From Paragordius varius (Eukaryota > Animalia > Nematomorpha): 64,000 nucleotides of DNA. A program made the position numbers and the translations under genes. The DNA lies in assembly GCA_964247055.1 (NCBI GenBank), contig OZ176056.1, positions 2,232,001 to 2,296,000 of the forward strand, written 5' to 3'. Each line of letters begins with the position of its first letter. The stretch's first letter is position 1. The notes beneath the pieces were generated by a model. The model had not been told where the DNA came from, did not search any database, and saw only the letters and a program-made list of their open reading frames with translations. Shown piece after piece: positions 61,401-64,000 of this stretch.

Positions 61401-63401
61401 TAAGATTGCAACGTTTATAACAGAAAATGAATTATAATAAAACGTAAAAATATAAGAGACTTATATTTTATAAAAGATCGCTGTACTTTTTGAACATGAT
61501 TAATTTAAAATAGCTAGCTCATTGTTTAATATTTCAAAGTAGGAAAAGAAAATAGAAATGTATATTGGTAACACAATCCGTATTTAGAATTATAATTTAA
61601 TAATTTTTATAGGAAAAATCCAGATCTAAAAAAGTATGGTTATGATTTTAGAAAAATATTTGCCTTTATATTTTTACATTTTTGTGTATAACTTTAATAA
61701 ATAATCCTCTTTTATAAACAAATTTATTAAAAATTAATATTTTAAATATATGAAACTTGTTTTTATTTTAATTTTTTTATCAATAAATTTTATTTACCTT
61801 TTTTTATTTCCTAGGATCATAATGATTTAGTTGGCCCCGTTGCTAGTACTATGGCGCATGAATTAGGCCACAGTTTAGGGATGGACCATGATACTGAGAT
61901 TTGTGATTGCCCTGACCGCGTGTGCGTTATGACCCCGGCTTCTGGGTACCTTATTAATTTTTGAATTGAATTATGATGAAAAAAAGTTTTAAAGGTTAAA
62001 AAAACTTTGGGGGTAAATTGGAATTGATTTATTTTAACATGTATCAATCACATAACTTAATTTTATTTTTGAATTGAATTATAAAAAATTTGAATATAGG
62101 TGGTTTTCGAGGGTAAAAACTTGGGGTAAATATATTAGCATTTGATTTGATTTATTTTAACATGTATCTATCACAGTTGTATGTTTAAAAAGTTTACTTT
62201 ATTAAAATACGTATTATGTAATCACAGTTTAACAATATTATCTGGGTAAACTTATTAAGTTTATTTTTGAATAAATTATATTTGAAAGGTAAAAAAAACT
62301 TTGGGGGTGGTTTTTGAGGGAAAATATATTAGCATTGATTTGATTTCCACATGTATTAATCACATAACTTAATTTTATATTTGAATTGAATTATGAAAAA
62401 AAAATTTTTAGCGTAAATGTATTAGCATTTTATTTGATTCTAATATGTATCAATCACAGAACTTACATGTTAAAAACTTTAATTCTTAAAATAAACGTTA
62501 ATTAATCACAAATTCGACTTATAAATTGGTTCAATTATACATTTTTAAATATGTTTTATTTAATCACAGTTTTAACAAAATTACTTGGGTGAAATATAAA
62601 TTTTATTTTTGAATGAATTGAGTTATGATGAAAAAGTTTGAAAGGTAACAAAAAACTTTGGGGGGTGGTTTTTTGAGGGTAAATATATTAGCATTTGATT
62701 TGATTTTAACATGTATCAATCACAGAACCTAACATGTTTAAAAATTTATTTTCTAAAAATATGTTTTAATCAATGACAGATTATTTGACAAAATAACGTT
62801 TTTTGGCTTATGGTTCAATTATACATTTTAAATGTTTTATTTAATCACATTAACAAAATTTTTGTTTATTTTTATTTTTGTGGTTTTTGGATTTTTTAAG
62901 GGGTGAGAGTAGATATTTTTTGGGTTTTAGGGTTTGAATTAGTTTTGGTATCAATATATTTACTTCATTTCAATCAATATCACATTTTTTAGAAAGGAAC
63001 AATTTTAAATTAGTGTTGACCCATTTTATCAAATAACTATTAATAATTATTAAATTTTTTTATAAATGAATTTTTGGTCTTCCAACAATATACAAAATTT
63101 TCGAATTAGTATATAAAAAATTCTCTTAAATTCACTTTATAAAGATGCTAAAAAATATTTGTCTTTTATGTTTTGACTTTTTAATTATTATTATAGTATA
63201 TATTTGCCAAATTTATTATTCCAATTAAGGTCTTACCTTGCAACGAAATGGTCAGCATGTTCCCTACAATACCTGAGTTATAGCATAGCCCGTGGGATGG
63301 ATGCTTGTCTCATGAATAAACCAGACCGTGTTTATGATACACCAATGTGTGGAAACGGTTTCTTAGAACCTGGTGAGGAGTGTGATTGCGGACTTCCTGA
63401 G
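53902..63401 (+). CDS. ADAM family disintegrin and metalloprotease (M12B, ADAM12/19-like), 3'-partial
   Basis: Exons 53902-54393, 55033-55130, 55378-55438, 57235-57338, 57934-58124, 58989-59134, 59652-59723, 60328-60497, 61089-61173, 61815-61945, 63230-63401 in frame. Signal peptide, prodomain HCFY, furin site RKRPKR, IELYIVND, VALVGLEVWT, HDNAQLLT, zinc motif HELGHSLGMDHD, Met-turn CVM, disintegrin start CGNGFLEPGEECDCG. Continues beyond the window. Confidence 0.93.
56480..56960 (+). mobile_element. Decayed RTE-like LINE fragment in ADAM intron 3
   Basis: IRTNRRLYYFGHKKR (~56900-56950) resembles the RTE C-terminal I..RRL.W.GH..R motif; multiple stops. Confidence 0.4.
57396..57690. mobile_element. 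AAATTCACCCT-family MITE (decayed)
   Basis: TTACCATTTACATTTAAATTCAC ... AGGGTGAATTTGAATTG ... GTAATTGGTA. Confidence 0.65.
58205..58688. mobile_element. MITE with ~32-bp TIRs in ADAM intron 5
   Basis: AGTCCCTGAACACTTCAAAAGTTGGTCGTTAA versus TTAAGGACCAATTCGAAGTGTTCAAGGACACT (reverse-complement match with few mismatches). Confidence 0.6.
61941..62860 (+). repeat. Complex tandem array starting at the donor of the ADAM zinc-site exon
   Basis: Junction TCTGG|GTACCTTATTAA...TTTTTGAATTGAATTATGATGAAAAAAAGTTT..AAGGT.AAAAAAACTTTGGGGGT recurs at ~62241 (TCTGGGTAAACTTATTAA) and ~62585; internal ACATGTATCAATCACA repeated about 6 times. Confidence 0.85.
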
Positions 63402-64000
63402 GTTTTTTTTCAAATTTTGTCGGATATCGGTAAAAAATGAGTAAATTTTGTTTGAAAAATGTTTTTTTTAATAAAAGAAGTTGTTATTAACTAATTTAAA
63501 ATGTGTGTGGAAACGGTTTTTTAAAACCTAATGAGGAGTGGGATTGCGAACTTCCTGAGGTTTTTTGAAAAAAAATGAGTATTTTTGTCGGAAATTGGAA
63601 TAAAATGGGAAAATATTGTGAAAAAATCATTTTTTTAAAAAAAGAGAAGTTTTTGTTAATAACTAATTTAAAATGTGTGTGGAAACGGTTTCTTAGAATC
63701 TGGTGAGGAGTGTGATTGCGGACTTCCTGAGGTTTTTTTCTCGAAAAAATAATGAGTATTTTTGTCGGAAATTGGTAAAAAGGGAAAATATTGTTTTTTT
63801 TAGATTAATAAAAGTTTTTGTTAACTAATTTAATATGTATAAACTAAATTTTGTTGAAATCTGTAAAATTAAGGAAATTATGTTAGAAATTGGTAAATAA
63901 TTGATTTTTTAAAGTATAATGAAAATTTTATTATAAAAAATTTTTTTTAAAAAAATGAGAAGTTTTTGTAACTAATTTAAAATTTGTGGAAACGGTTTCT
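63345..64000 (+). repeat. Tandem array whose unit is the last ~57 nt of the ADAM exon plus donor plus intron start
   Basis: TGTGGAAACGGTTTCTTAGAACCTGGTGAGGAGTGTGATTGCGGACTTCCTGAG|GTTTTT (exon) repeated at ~63503-63559, 63675-63731 (1 substitution) and 63984-64000 (cut by the window end). Confidence 0.95.

Overview
Very AT-rich eukaryotic (metazoan) genomic DNA. The short ORF track hides five spliced genes that can be rebuilt by hand. (1) A 9-exon minus-strand gene (about 3.8-9.9 kb) for an unrecognised signal-peptide protein whose internal exons are all symmetric phase-1 modules, with decayed extra modules nearby. (2) GLMP/NCU-G1 (+, 14550-19991) with three 22-23 nt introns. (3) Ornithine aminotransferase OAT (-, 21504-30020). 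(4) A Yurt/EPB41L5-like FERM-FA protein (+, 37791-47915). (5) An ADAM metalloprotease (+, from 53902, running off the window). Introns and spacers are filled with decayed Buster/Charlie-type hAT transposons (one nested in another), a piggyBac-like TTAA MITE family, several TA-flanked MITE families and LINE scraps. The most unusual pattern is that the large intronic tandem arrays are anchored on splice sites. Two of them (OAT intron 5, last ADAM intron) repeat the 3' end of the upstream exon together with its donor site, while the same genome also splices 22-23 nt introns. No rRNA, tRNA or CRISPR array was recognised. The organism cannot be named from this window, although ultra-short introns suggest a reduced parasite lineage such as dicyemids or myxozoans.
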